From the NCBI GenBank assembly GCA_041659845.1, contig JBAZXM010000002.1, positions 4-64,003 of the forward strand: a stretch of DNA of 64,000 bases, read 5' to 3'. A program made the position numbers and the translations under genes. This stretch comes from Minisyncoccota bacterium (lineage in GTDB: Bacteria; Patescibacteriota; Minisyncoccia; Phycocordibacterales; UBA9973). Below are positions 1 to 10,246 of this stretch, in pieces (position 1 is the first letter of the stretch; each line of letters opens with the position of its first letter). The notes beneath the pieces are model-generated. The model saw nothing but the letters and a program-made list of their open reading frames with translations. It searched no databases and was not told the DNA's origin.

Positions 1-956
1 ATGTCGTCTCAAATCGTTTCGGATTGACTGAAGACGCAGAGCGAAAAACACTGGAAGCGATAGGTGAAAAATACGGCATCACCCGCGAACGTGTTCGCCA
101 GATTGAGAATGCAGCGCTTGCTTCAATCAAAAAAGGAGATGCTTATAAGGGCGACAAAGCATCTTTTGACGAGCTCAAAGAGATCGTGAAATCACTCGGC
201 GCCATAGTAACCGAAGATGAATTACTCTCCCATATCTCAAAAGATAAATCTATTCAAAATCATATTCATTTCTACCTTGTCCTTGGAGATGAATTTAAAA
301 AGCACAAAGAAGACGAAGGTCACCATTCAAGGTGGACCATCGATGACACTATAGCTGAACAAGTTCATACTGCGATTAAGAAATTGTATGGAGGTCTTTC
401 AGACGATGAACTCGTCCCAGAGAATGACATAATTTCTCGTTTCCTTGGTCAATTGAAGGATATCGCTGATCACTACAAGAATGAAGAAATTGCTCGCCGA
501 TGGCTATCAATCTCGAAATCAATCAGTAAGAATCCACTCGGTGAATGGGGAAAGACTACATCATCCAATGTGAAGACTCGAGGCATTAAAGACTACGCAT
601 ATCTCATAATGCGAAAGCACGGTTCACCGATGCATTTCCGTGAGGTGGCGAAGGCTATCAGTGATACTTTCAGTAAAAAGACTCACGTTGCAACTTGCCA
701 CAATGAACTCATTAAAGACAAACGTTTCGTTCTTGTTGGCCGAGGGTATTACGCACTTGCGGAATGGGGATACAAGCCAGGTGTCGTCCGCGATGTCATC
801 AAAGAAATTTTGAAAAAGGAAGGTCCGCTCTCGAAAGAAGATGTCGTTGACCGCGTACTCAAGGAGCGCTTTCTTAAAAAGAATACTATTTTAGTGAATC
901 TTCAGAATACAAAATACTTCAAAAAGAACAAACAAGGTCTCTATACAGTTGCCTAA
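1..956 (+). CDS. Sigma-70 region-4 HTH plus C-terminal winged-helix (HARE-HTH-like) protein, CPR-conserved; 5' partial
   Basis: RFGL...TLEAIGEKYGITRERVRQIE is a sigma region 4 motif; C-terminal HNELIKDKRFVLVGRGYYALAEWG. The frame is open upstream of the track's TTG at 24, so the gene starts outside the window. Confidence 0.75.
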   Translation, partial: VVSNRFGLTEDAERKTLEAIGEKYGITRERVRQIENAALASIKKGDAYKGDKASFDELKEIVKSLGAIVTEDELLSHISKDKSIQNHIHFYLVLGDEFKKHKEDEGHHSRWTIDDTIAEQVHTAIKKLYGGLSDDELVPENDIISRFLGQLKDIADHYKNEEIARRWLSISKSISKNPLGEWGKTTSSNVKTRGIKDYAYLIMRKHGSPMHFREVAKAISDTFSKKTHVATCHNELIKDKRFVLVGRGYYALAEWGYKPGVVRDVIKEILKKEGPLSKEDVVDRVLKERFLKKNTILVNLQNTKYFKKNKQGLYTVA

Positions 957-967
957 ATCAAAAATGT

Positions 968-1004
968 AGAAAGAACGCACTCTAGTAGTGCGTTCTTTCT
1001 TTTT
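968..1004 (+). terminator. Intrinsic terminator
   Basis: AGAAAGAACGCAC-tctagta-GTGCGTTCTTTCT followed by TTTT. Confidence 0.8.
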
Positions 1005-1041
1005 AGAATTGGTTTTATGATATAATAAATTACACGAATAT

Positions 1042-2439
1042 ATGAAAACAAGAGGTTTTATTCACAACATAATTTTAATTATTTTCGGCATAATTTTATC
1101 GATACTCGCTGTCGGTCTTGTCTTGCTGTCTTTCTTGCCGACCGCTCCGATCGCCTCGATTAAAGGCGATTTGATTAATACTTATCTTCAATCTGGGGGT
1201 TTTTACATATTGAAATTTATTTGGGATCTCGCTCCTTTTTGGGTGCCGCCATTGCTTATTATTGCAGCTTGGAGATTATGGAAGTACTACATCAATTACG
1301 CTTTCCTTACAAAAATGAATTGGGTTTTACTCGAAGTCCGCATCCCGAAGGATGTTCACAAATCTCCACTCGCGATGGAAGTCGTGCTTACCAATGCTTT
1401 TTATCAAGCTGGTGGTACAGGTACTTGGTATGCAAAACATTGGGAAGGCAAACTGCGTAATTGGTTTTCGCTTGAGATGGTCTCAATCGAGGGTAAAATC
1501 TTTTTTTTCATTCGCACACCGGTACAATTCAAAAACATCATCGAAGCGCAAATTTATTCTCAATATCCGAAAGCCGAAATCAATGAAGTGGATGATTATA
1601 CCAATCTCGTACCACTTCACGCAAACACAGATGCATGGGAGCTGACTGGTACTGAATTTGTTTTAAGTAAAGAGGATCCATACCCGATTAAGACATACAT
1701 TGATTATGGCCTAGATAAGGCATCGGGTTTGCTTGAGGCTGAACAGCAGATCGATCCTATTTCTTCGACTATGGAATTACTGGGCTCAATAGGTAAAGAT
1801 GAGCAGATTTGGATCCAGATCATCATTCGCGCTACGACAGAGCGCTTCCACAAACCGGGGACATGGTTCGGCAAGCAAGACTGGAAAAAGGAGGGAGAGG
1901 CCTTGATTAAAAAATTGAAGGATGAGCTTAAACCTAAACCGAAAGACAAAGACGACAAGCCAGCACCGCAAATGGCCACTAAAGGTGAACAGGAAAAGAT
2001 TAATGCTGTTGAGCGCAGTATAGACAAGTTTGGATTCGACTGCGGTATCCGTACTCTCTATGTAGCTAAAAAGGACGCATTCAAAGGTATGAATCTCGTT
2101 GCTCTTCTGGGAGCATTTCGCCAGTACAATTCAGCAAATCTGAATGGCTTTAAACCAGCGAACGTAACATCTTTTGATTATCCTTGGCAGGATTTTTCCG
2201 GACGGCGCATTCAAGCGCTCAAACGTGAAATATTTGATGCGTATCGAGCACGATCTTATTTTTATATGCCACACAGCAGTTCGTTTGTTGCCGGTAAAAG
2301 TATTACTCGCAAACAATTTGTATTGAATACTGAGGAGCTTGCGACGATTTTTCATTTCCCGGGCCGTGTTTCAGAGACACCATCCTTCAAGCGTATCGAA
2401 TCAAAGAAGGCCGAACCACCAGTCAACCTTCCAATGTAA
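1042..2439 (+). CDS. Conserved CPR membrane protein resembling the N-terminal region of CPR VirD4/TraD-like coupling proteins (no ATPase domain)
   Basis: Two N-terminal hydrophobic helices; motifs WFSLEMVSIEG, IEAQIYSQYPKAEI, YPIKTY, LNTEELATIFHFP, EPPVNLP. Confidence 0.55.
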   Translation: MKTRGFIHNIILIIFGIILSILAVGLVLLSFLPTAPIASIKGDLINTYLQSGGFYILKFIWDLAPFWVPPLLIIAAWRLWKYYINYAFLTKMNWVLLEVRIPKDVHKSPLAMEVVLTNAFYQAGGTGTWYAKHWEGKLRNWFSLEMVSIEGKIFFFIRTPVQFKNIIEAQIYSQYPKAEINEVDDYTNLVPLHANTDAWELTGTEFVLSKEDPYPIKTYIDYGLDKASGLLEAEQQIDPISSTMELLGSIGKDEQIWIQIIIRATTERFHKPGTWFGKQDWKKEGEALIKKLKDELKPKPKDKDDKPAPQMATKGEQEKINAVERSIDKFGFDCGIRTLYVAKKDAFKGMNLVALLGAFRQYNSANLNGFKPANVTSFDYPWQDFSGRRIQALKREIFDAYRARSYFYMPHSSSFVAGKSITRKQFVLNTEELATIFHFPGRVSETPSFKRIESKKAEPPVNLPM

Positions 2440-2442
2440 TAT

Positions 2443-3411
2443 ATGGAAAACATTTCATCTCAATCGAAAGAGTCAGTGTGCATCTCGCCGGATTTTCGCT
2501 ACTGTCATCCAACGGAGCATTTTAATAAAAAGAAAAATATATTTAAATTTTTTTTCATCATAATTATTATTGCTTTATGCTTCGGAACATACTCCTATGC
2601 TTTTCGCGCACCGGAAGATTTCCCGCTAGGCACTATTGTCCATATTAAATCGGGAGAAAATCTGGGTTCTATAGCAAATACTCTTAAAGAAATGCATACG
2701 ATACAATCTCGATTTATTTTCGAAACGTTTGTCATGACACTTACGAGTGACCGCAAGATTCCTTCAGGCGATTACACACTAGATGAGCGAGTATCCGTAT
2801 TTAGCCTTGCTCGGCGTTTTGCTGAAGGCGATTACCGTACTGCAAAAATAAAGATTACATTTCCCGAGGGTATAACGCGCCAAGAAATAAAATCATTGCT
2901 CATGGAGAAAATCTCCGGATTTGATGGTGAACAATTTCTCTTATTAACCGCACAAGAAGAAGGATATCTTTTCCCTGAAACTTATTTCTTTTTTCCGAAA
3001 ACAGAGCCTTCTGAAGTCAGAGAAGTATTTCGTGATACTTTTAATAAAAAAATAGATGAACTTTCCAGTGAAATCTCGCGTTCAGGTAGGAGTGAACGCC
3101 AAATCGTAATCATGGCATCTCTTATCGAAGGGGAGGCAAAAGGTAATTCTGATCGCGATGTCGTATCCGGAATTCTTTGGAATCGAATTGTGCGTGGAGA
3201 AAAACTTCAAGTTGATGTAGCGCCGGATACATACGACCATACAGGTCTTCCAGTAGAACCGATTTCAAATCCCGGCTTTGAGGCAATGTTCGCCGCTATA
3301 CATCCGAAGGATACGCCTTATTTGTTCTACCTTCATGATAAAGGCGGAATTATTCACTATGCGAAGACATTCGCCGAACATAAGGCAAATATTGCAAAAT
3401 ACTTGAAATAA
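2443..3411 (+). CDS. mltG: Endolytic transglycosylase MltG (YceG family)
   Basis: N-terminal TM; ITFPEG, EGYLFPETY, MASLIEGEA, TYDHTGLP..PISNPG, YLFYLH motifs. Confidence 0.9.
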   Translation: MENISSQSKESVCISPDFRYCHPTEHFNKKKNIFKFFFIIIIIALCFGTYSYAFRAPEDFPLGTIVHIKSGENLGSIANTLKEMHTIQSRFIFETFVMTLTSDRKIPSGDYTLDERVSVFSLARRFAEGDYRTAKIKITFPEGITRQEIKSLLMEKISGFDGEQFLLLTAQEEGYLFPETYFFFPKTEPSEVREVFRDTFNKKIDELSSEISRSGRSERQIVIMASLIEGEAKGNSDRDVVSGILWNRIVRGEKLQVDVAPDTYDHTGLPVEPISNPGFEAMFAAIHPKDTPYLFYLHDKGGIIHYAKTFAEHKANIAKYLK

Positions 3412-3417
3412 ATTTCC

Positions 3418-3981
3418 ATGGCAGACATTAAAAAACAAAAACTCGCATTCTTAGATACGGAAACTACCGGATTAAATCCAGACAAACATGAGCTGATTGA
3501 AATCGGTTGCGTGATTGTCGAACAAGACTGGACTGGAGACGATAAGAAGCCCACATTTGAAATAGTTGAAGAAATAGAAATTAAGATAAAGCCAGAACAT
3601 ATTGAAGATGCCGATCCTGTGGCACTGCGGGTCAACCACTATGATCCTGTTGATTGGGTATTTGCATACACTCTGCCAGAGGCTATGAAAATTCTTTCGG
3701 AAAAAACCAAAGGAGCTATTATGGTAGGACACAATATATGTTTTGATAATGGGTTTATAGAGCATGCTTTTAGAATATCCGGAGTAGATAATACAATGCA
3801 CTACCACAAGTTAGATACTATTTCCATAGCGTTCGCAAAACTTCATAATCACGAAGATATCGATAAGTTTTCTCTTCACGCACTCGGAGAATACTTCAAT
3901 ATTGAGAATAAGCACGCCCACTCGGCACTTTCCGACGCTCGGGCGACTTTTGAGCTTTATGAAAAGCTTATGAGAATTTAG
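3418..3981 (+). CDS. DEDDh 3'-5' exonuclease (DnaQ-like)
   Basis: FLDTETTGL (ExoI), GHNICFD (ExoII), HSALSDA (ExoIII). Confidence 0.9.
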   Translation: MADIKKQKLAFLDTETTGLNPDKHELIEIGCVIVEQDWTGDDKKPTFEIVEEIEIKIKPEHIEDADPVALRVNHYDPVDWVFAYTLPEAMKILSEKTKGAIMVGHNICFDNGFIEHAFRISGVDNTMHYHKLDTISIAFAKLHNHEDIDKFSLHALGEYFNIENKHAHSALSDARATFELYEKLMRI

Positions 3982-4053
3982 CTATTGCTTATTTTTGAAT
4001 ATGTGATATAGTTTCAAGTAGATATTTTAACATTTAAAAATAGGAGGTTATTC

Positions 4054-4710
4054 ATGATCTACATTTCAAATGGCGGTCAGGATAATCTTGACCAATTTTT
4101 ACTCGCTAAAGAGCGCCTTATCAATATTTTAGAAGAATTCAAATCTGTCGGTATAATTATTTCTTTCAGCGAATGTCCGATAAAGGGCCTTGAAGGAAAG
4201 ACTTTTATGAAAGTTTTCCATCTGGAAAATCTTTATATTAAAATTTTCCTGGGAATGGATAAGTTGGATGTTACTGAAAAATATATAAATTCAGGATCGG
4301 ATTTTATAAATCTAGACGCGGAAGATGATGTCATTCGCGCGCTCATTATGAAGCATATAGAGCACGGGCGTTATGGATATGCGATTGAAAAGCGCGTACA
4401 GAAAGTATTAGAAAATCTAAACAATTACCAGAAAGGTTTCTCGTGCTCAATTCTCCCACAATCGGTGGTTGATGACAGCAAGGGGAGGGATTTTGTAATC
4501 GAACTTGATTACTTGGCTTTGGGATATCGCATATGGGGGCGAATACCTTTGCAAATCAAATCGAATGAATATCATCAGAAAAAGCACATTGAGAAGTATC
4601 CTAGTGTTCCGTCTGTTGTGATAGACATTAATGATTCTGATGAGATAATTTTGAAAAAAATAATTCAAGTCGTAGAAGGGTATTTTGAAGGAAAAATCCT
4701 TCATATCTGA
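4054..4710 (+). CDS. Hypothetical protein with a probable C-terminal PD-(D/E)XK nuclease-like domain
   Basis: E..V...L, DDSKGRDFVI, PLQIKS motif pattern; AGGAGG at 4042-4047; own promoter and terminator. Confidence 0.5.
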   Translation: MIYISNGGQDNLDQFLLAKERLINILEEFKSVGIIISFSECPIKGLEGKTFMKVFHLENLYIKIFLGMDKLDVTEKYINSGSDFINLDAEDDVIRALIMKHIEHGRYGYAIEKRVQKVLENLNNYQKGFSCSILPQSVVDDSKGRDFVIELDYLALGYRIWGRIPLQIKSNEYHQKKHIEKYPSVPSVVIDINDSDEIILKKIIQVVEGYFEGKILHI

Positions 4711-4740
4711 ACATCCTGCATATTCTGCAGGATGTTTTTT
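4711..4740 (+). terminator. Intrinsic terminator
   Basis: ACATCCTGCA-tattc-TGCAGGATGT followed by a T run. Confidence 0.8.
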
Positions 4741-4780
4741 ATTGACAATAAGTGTTGTTCTTGCGAAGATACAAGCGATT

Positions 4781-5896
4781 GTGAAAAATCTACAAATAAA
4801 AAAGAAGAAAGTTGTTTTTGTTGGCGTGTCCGGTGGTGTGGATTCTTCCGTCTCTGCGGCTTTATTAAAAGATTTAGGCTATGAAGTTTTTGGGGTATTT
4901 ATTAAAGTCTGGCAGCCCGATTTCATAACTTGTACATGGCGCGAAGAAAAGCGCGACGCTATGCGCGTCTGTGCACATTTGGATATTCCATTTATATTTC
5001 TCGACTTGGAAAAAGAGTATAAAGAAGGAGTGGCGGATTATATGATTAACGAATACAAAGCCGGTCGCACTCCGAATCCAGATGTTATGTGTAATAAAGA
5101 GGTTAAATTCGGTGCGTTTTTGAAATGGGCACTTCTCCATGGGGCGGACTATATTGCCACGGGGCACTATGCAAGAAATGAAGAATTACGAATTACGAAT
5201 TACGAATTAAAGAATAAAAAACAATATAAACTTCTTGCAGGCAAAGATCAAAATAAAGATCAATCTTATTTTCTCTGGACGCTGACACAAGAAAAATTAA
5301 ATCATGTGCTTTTTCCTGTAGGAAATTTAACTAAACCTGCAGTCAGGAAGCTTGCGGGGAAATTCGGTTTACCAACTGCAGAAAAAAAGGATAGCCAGGG
5401 TGTATGCTTCTTGGGGAAATTGGACATGAAAGATTTCTTGAAGCATTACATCAAAGAGAAAAAAGGAAATATTCTCGATGAAAAAGGCAAGGTTATCGGT
5501 ACGCATAATGGCGCGCTTTTCTATACGCTTGGTGAGCGTCACGGATTTGAAATTATAAAAAAGGGAATTAATGATAAGCCGTACTATGTAGTCGGAAAAG
5601 ATATTTTAAAAAACACTCTCATTGTCTCACAAACTATTAAACGCTCGGCTTCTGATAGTTTTAAAAATAATGAATTTTTACTTGAAGGCGTAAGCATAAC
5701 AAATAAAGTTCCAGTAATTGGCAAAAAATACCATGCACGCATCCGTTATCGCCAAGTTCTTGAAGAGTGCGTTGTGTTGGAATGGGGTATTAAAACTGCT
5801 AAAGTCCACTTCAAAAATCCGCAGACGGTTGCATCTGGCCAGTCGTTAGTACTTTATGATAAATATGAATGTTTAGGCGGGGGAATTGTTGTTTAA
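4781..5896 (+). CDS. mnmA: tRNA 2-thiouridine(34) synthase MnmA
   Basis: SGGVDSS, TPNPDVMCNKEVKF, ATGHYAR, KDQSYFL, KKDSQGVCF. Start placed at GTG 4781 because the track's longer start runs through the upstream terminator. Confidence 0.95.
   Translation: MKNLQIKKKKVVFVGVSGGVDSSVSAALLKDLGYEVFGVFIKVWQPDFITCTWREEKRDAMRVCAHLDIPFIFLDLEKEYKEGVADYMINEYKAGRTPNPDVMCNKEVKFGAFLKWALLHGADYIATGHYARNEELRITNYELKNKKQYKLLAGKDQNKDQSYFLWTLTQEKLNHVLFPVGNLTKPAVRKLAGKFGLPTAEKKDSQGVCFLGKLDMKDFLKHYIKEKKGNILDEKGKVIGTHNGALFYTLGERHGFEIIKKGINDKPYYVVGKDILKNTLIVSQTIKRSASDSFKNNEFLLEGVSITNKVPVIGKKYHARIRYRQVLEECVVLEWGIKTAKVHFKNPQTVASGQSLVLYDKYECLGGGIVV
5183..5209 (+). repeat. Heptamer tandem repeat (GAATTAC) x~4 inside mnmA
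   Basis: gaattac gaattac gaattac gaatta, translated as ELRITNYEL. Confidence 0.85.
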
Positions 5897-5956
5897 TTTT
5901 TAATTATAAAAGTATGGTATATTTGTTTTAAATACAGATATTTAAAATTATGCATA

Positions 5957-6265
5957 ATGAAAGAAGCAGAAAGAAGAACCGAGTTAATTAGAAAAGCCGT
6001 TGAAAGTGTAATTTCGCACTATAAAGTAGACAGATTTTATTCCGGTGAGATAGAAAAATTAATAGATGAAGTTTCAGATTCAATTGTTAAAACTGTTGGT
6101 GTGGATACTGAAGTTGATGTTAATAATGTTGCGAATCATGCCTACATAGGAGCTAACCTCATACTTGATCCTCTTGAGCATGCAGGTTCACTCAAGCTTA
6201 ATAGTCATCATTTATCACGGTACATTGCCAGCGCAGTTATTAGTGAGTTTATATTAAAAATGTGA
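5957..6265 (+). CDS. Hypothetical protein (orphan cassette)
   Basis: 102-aa ORF with TGgTATATT upstream and an AAAAGCCC/GGGCTTTT terminator at 6272-6296. Confidence 0.6.
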   Translation: MKEAERRTELIRKAVESVISHYKVDRFYSGEIEKLIDEVSDSIVKTVGVDTEVDVNNVANHAYIGANLILDPLEHAGSLKLNSHHLSRYIASAVISEFILKM

Positions 6266-6370
6266 ACTAGTAAAAGCCCTTTTTCTGGGCTTTTTTATTT
6301 TATTCAAGTATTTTATTCATTGGAGATTTTTGCTATACTAGCCGCATAGCATTTTAATTTACAGAAATTT

Positions 6371-6856
6371 ATGGAATCACTTTTTTTTTCAAATACAGAT
6401 ATTTTTATCAGACTAGCAGTAGCTATGAGTCTTGGTATGCTTGTCGGGGTGGAACGCCTTCTTGCTCAAAAAACGGCTGGTATGCGCACTTATGCGTTAG
6501 TAGCAATGGGCTCATCTCTTTTTGTGATTATATCTGAAATGATGATAGCTTCTCGAGGTGATCTTATAGGGCTCGATCCGCTTCGTATGGCATCACAAAT
6601 AGTAGTCGGGGTCGGATTTTTGGGTGCTGGATTGATAGTATTCAAAGACGAGCGTGTCGTCGGGCTCACAAGTGCCAGCGGGCTTTGGGTTGCGGCGGGT
6701 ATCGGTGTTGCGGCGGGGTTTGGCCTTTTTTGGCTTTCGATAATGGCAACGATTCTCACACTATTTATTTTCACCGTACTTTGGTTTATTGAAGAATATT
6801 TGAAACGTTTTTCCAGATATAAAAATAATTCAACTAACAACACGGATACTTTGTAA
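6371..6856 (+). CDS. MgtC/SapB family membrane protein
   Basis: GVER...AGMRT, DPLRMASQIVVGVGFLGAG, GLTSASGLW. Confidence 0.9.
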   Translation: MESLFFSNTDIFIRLAVAMSLGMLVGVERLLAQKTAGMRTYALVAMGSSLFVIISEMMIASRGDLIGLDPLRMASQIVVGVGFLGAGLIVFKDERVVGLTSASGLWVAAGIGVAAGFGLFWLSIMATILTLFIFTVLWFIEEYLKRFSRYKNNSTNNTDTL

Positions 6857-6869
6857 TTTTTATTTTTGT

Positions 6870-8633
6870 ATGCAATCTTTGGAAATCAGATCACGATTTT
6901 TAAAATTTTTCGAAAAACGCGGACATGCGATTATTCCCTCGGCATCACTGGTTCCCGAGAATGATCCTTCTGTGCTTTTTAACACTGCGGGTATGCAGCC
7001 TCTTGTTCCATATCTTTTGGGTACGAAGCATCCGATGGGTGCTCGCTTAGCGGATGTACAGAAATGCGTACGCACAGGTGACCTCGATGATATTGGGGAT
7101 AATCGCCACTTTTCTTTTTTTGAAATGCTTGGAAATTGGTCGCTTGGAGATTATTTCAAAGAAGATACTATTAAATGGAGTTATAATTTTTTAACAAATG
7201 GAGACGATAAAAAAGAAGGAGATAAGGGATTAGGTCTCGATGTGAAGCGTTTATATTTTACAATTTTCGAAGGTGATGAAAATGCGCCTTTCGACCAAGA
7301 AGCAAAAGATTTGTGGATGAGTTTGGGTATTCCAGAACATCGCATTTATCCGCTTCCCGCAGAAGATAATTGGTGGAGCCCCGGAGATAACGGACCTTGT
7401 GGTCCTTGTAGCGAAATGTTTTATGACATGAGTGGAGATGTTGGAGATCTTTCAAAAGAAGCTTTTCTTGATGCTGTAAAAAAAGAAGATGTGATTGAAA
7501 TCTGGAATGATGTCTTTATGGAGTATGAAAAGAAAGATGGAAAAGTAATTGGGAAATTAAAACAAAAAAATGTGGATACTGGTGCGGGACTTGAGCGCAT
7601 CACAGCGGTAATGCAAGGTAATCGTACTGCATACGACACTGATATTTTTAAGTCAATTTTCGGGAAGATTAATGAATTTACTTTAAGTAAAGATGAAAAG
7701 GCTAAGCGTATTGTTGCTGACCATGTCCGCACCAGTGTATTTATGATTGCTGATGGTGTTGTTCCAGCAAATACTGATCGAGGATATATTCTACGCCGAT
7801 TGCTTCGCCGTGCGGTCAGATATGCTGATCAGCTTGGGATGAAGCACAGCTCGCTTTTTTGGATTGCGCAAACTGTAATTGAAAAATATAAAGATACGTA
7901 TTCAAATCTAGAATCTGAATCTGAAAAAATAAAGTCTGAAATTGATAAAGAAGAAAGTAAATTCCGTCAGACACTGGAAAAAGGTATGAAAGAGTTTGAA
8001 AAAGGTATTGACCCATTTACTCTTGCGACGACCTATGGCTTTCCGATTGAGCTCACTCTTGAAATTGCGAAAGAAAAAGGGATGGAGATAAATCTCGACG
8101 ATTTTTACACAAAGATGACAGAACATCAAAATCTTTCTCGTACCGCGTCCGCAGGAATGTTTAAAGGCGGATTAGCGAATCATAATGAAAAGACCATACG
8201 ATTACATACTGCACACCACCTCTTGCTTGCAGCATTACAGAAAGTGCTTGGTCGGAGCGTCAAACAGCGGGGGAGTAATATCACTGAAGAGCGCTTGCGT
8301 ATCGACTTTTCTTTTGAAAGAAAGATGACCGATGAAGAAAAAAAACAGGTGGAAGAGATTGTGAATGAAAAAATTCAAGAAGGATTGAATGTAATACGAA
8401 AGGAAATGCCGAAAGAAGAAGCTGAGAAACTGGGTGCCGAGATGGAATTCGGCGCAAAGTACGCAGACACTGTTTCCGTCTATTTTATTGAAGAAAAAAA
8501 TGGCAGCCCATTCTCAAAAGAATTTTGCGGTGGTCCACATGTCACCAATACTCACGAACTCGGTCAGTTTAAAATCCAAAAAGAAGAAGCCGTGGCGCAA
8601 GGAGTGCGAAGAATCAAAGCTATATTGTTATAA
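6870..8633 (+). CDS. alaS: Alanine--tRNA ligase, short form without the C-Ala domain
   Basis: LFNTAGMQP, QKCVRT, FFEMLGNWSLGDYFKE, VDTGAGLER, RGYILRRLLRRA; editing motifs HTAHH and CGGPH. Confidence 0.95.
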   Translation: MQSLEIRSRFLKFFEKRGHAIIPSASLVPENDPSVLFNTAGMQPLVPYLLGTKHPMGARLADVQKCVRTGDLDDIGDNRHFSFFEMLGNWSLGDYFKEDTIKWSYNFLTNGDDKKEGDKGLGLDVKRLYFTIFEGDENAPFDQEAKDLWMSLGIPEHRIYPLPAEDNWWSPGDNGPCGPCSEMFYDMSGDVGDLSKEAFLDAVKKEDVIEIWNDVFMEYEKKDGKVIGKLKQKNVDTGAGLERITAVMQGNRTAYDTDIFKSIFGKINEFTLSKDEKAKRIVADHVRTSVFMIADGVVPANTDRGYILRRLLRRAVRYADQLGMKHSSLFWIAQTVIEKYKDTYSNLESESEKIKSEIDKEESKFRQTLEKGMKEFEKGIDPFTLATTYGFPIELTLEIAKEKGMEINLDDFYTKMTEHQNLSRTASAGMFKGGLANHNEKTIRLHTAHHLLLAALQKVLGRSVKQRGSNITEERLRIDFSFERKMTDEEKKQVEEIVNEKIQEGLNVIRKEMPKEEAEKLGAEMEFGAKYADTVSVYFIEEKNGSPFSKEFCGGPHVTNTHELGQFKIQKEEAVAQGVRRIKAILL

Positions 8634-8727
8634 AATCTTAAATGCCAACTATTCATTGACTTGTCAATTATGAAATGGTATTGTCTTGTCAGTTAAATAA
8701 ATTGTTCAAACCTAAAAAACTTTAAAA

Positions 8728-8961
8728 ATGAGCCACATAGACGTAACTGAAGTAAAATTCAGGCAGGAAACCTTTAGGCAGAGGAATCTCTTTATTTCAG
8801 ATAGAGATGCTCTTATGGTTAAAATTTCTTCTCTAAAAAAAAGATTATCTGCTTCTGACGAAAAAGATAAGTTACAAAAAGAAATTAATTTTTCGCAAGG
8901 GAAATTAGACAAACTTGCAAAGCAAATCTATGATTTGAGTGATGCTTTAAAACTCGATTGA
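8728..8961 (+). CDS. Small hypothetical, probably coiled-coil, protein (orphan cassette)
   Basis: TTGACT-N17-TATTGT promoter at 8656-8684; CCCGCTA...TAGCGGG-T run terminator at ~8971-9003. Confidence 0.6.
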   Translation: MSHIDVTEVKFRQETFRQRNLFISDRDALMVKISSLKKRLSASDEKDKLQKEINFSQGKLDKLAKQIYDLSDALKLD

Positions 8962-9039
8962 GTAAATAACCCCGCTACTGGTAAATCCATAGCGGGCTTT
9001 TTTATTTGTCATTATCTCTTGTAAACTGATATACTAGAG

Positions 9040-10236
9040 ATGTATATTATGTCTCTCTTTTCATCATTTTTAAAAAAGAAAAAAGAAATTGTCGCGATTT
9101 TTGATATCGGTAGCGGGAGTGTCGGTGGCGCAATAATTGAGATTGATCACACAGGCAAAGTGCCGCGGTCAAAAATTCTCTACACTACACGCGCGCAGAT
9201 TGTTCTTCAGATGAATCTCAATTTTGAGCAATTTCTATCTTCTATGCTTCGTTCACTCGCAGAAGTTACAGAAGACATTGAGAAAAAGGCTCTCGGAGCT
9301 CCTGATCGAGTACATTGCTTTCTTGCATCGCCATGGTATGGGTCACAGACGCGTGTTGTGACTTATTCGAAAAACACAGATTTTATCGTAACGGAAAAAA
9401 TCCTGAATAATTTGATGGAAAAAGAAATTAAGGCTTTTGAGCAAGATGAACTTAAAAAGTATACCGGTCTCGGTACTCACGCCCGTATTATCGAGCATCA
9501 AAATATTAAAGTCTCTATGAATGGGTATATGACCGCATCTCCTGTCGGTAAAAAAGCACGCAGTCTCGAGCTTGTTCTTTTTGTCAGTATGAGTCCGGAA
9601 AATGTTCTTCGCGCTATTGAAAAAAGTATTAAAAATAAATTCTCAATATCTAAGATCAGATTTTCTTCATTTATCTTCGCCTCATTCATTGTTGCGCGTG
9701 ACGCATTCATCGGGCAGAAAAATTTCCTTTTGCTCGATATCGGCGGGGAAATCACAGATGTTGCAATTGTGAAGAATGAAGTCATTGTCGAATCACTCTC
9801 TTTTCCATTGGGGAAAAACTTTCTGATTCGCCGAATTGCTTCACTTTTAAATGTTACTCCGGCAAATGCGCTACCATTGCTTAAACTATACATTTCAAGC
9901 CAACTCGAGGAGACGGTCATGCTCAAGTTCTCCGGTACATTGCAAAAAGCCAGGATTGAGTGGTTGACGCATTTCCAGAATGCCCTAGCTGCAGTTTCAA
10001 GCGATTTATATCTTCCAGACAATATCTTTATGACGGTTGATTCTGACGTGGCTTCTTGGTTTTCCGATTCAATCAAAAAGGAGGAGTATAATCAATACAC
10101 ACTCACGGAAAGGCAGTTTAATGTTATAGTATTAGAAGAGAGTCCGCTCGGGGACGATGTGGATTTTGCCCCAGGGGCAGAGAGAGATCAATTTCTTATG
10201 ATCGAAGCGATTTGTGCCGTTAAACTTTCAAATTAA
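9040..10236 (+). CDS. FtsA/PilM-like actin-fold (ASKHA) protein, CPR-conserved
   Basis: Phosphate-1 FDIGSGSVG and phosphate-2 LLDIGGEITD motifs, followed by SFPLG. Confidence 0.7.
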   Translation: MYIMSLFSSFLKKKKEIVAIFDIGSGSVGGAIIEIDHTGKVPRSKILYTTRAQIVLQMNLNFEQFLSSMLRSLAEVTEDIEKKALGAPDRVHCFLASPWYGSQTRVVTYSKNTDFIVTEKILNNLMEKEIKAFEQDELKKYTGLGTHARIIEHQNIKVSMNGYMTASPVGKKARSLELVLFVSMSPENVLRAIEKSIKNKFSISKIRFSSFIFASFIVARDAFIGQKNFLLLDIGGEITDVAIVKNEVIVESLSFPLGKNFLIRRIASLLNVTPANALPLLKLYISSQLEETVMLKFSGTLQKARIEWLTHFQNALAAVSSDLYLPDNIFMTVDSDVASWFSDSIKKEEYNQYTLTERQFNVIVLEESPLGDDVDFAPGAERDQFLMIEAICAVKLSN

Positions 10237-10246
10237 TTTTTTAATC

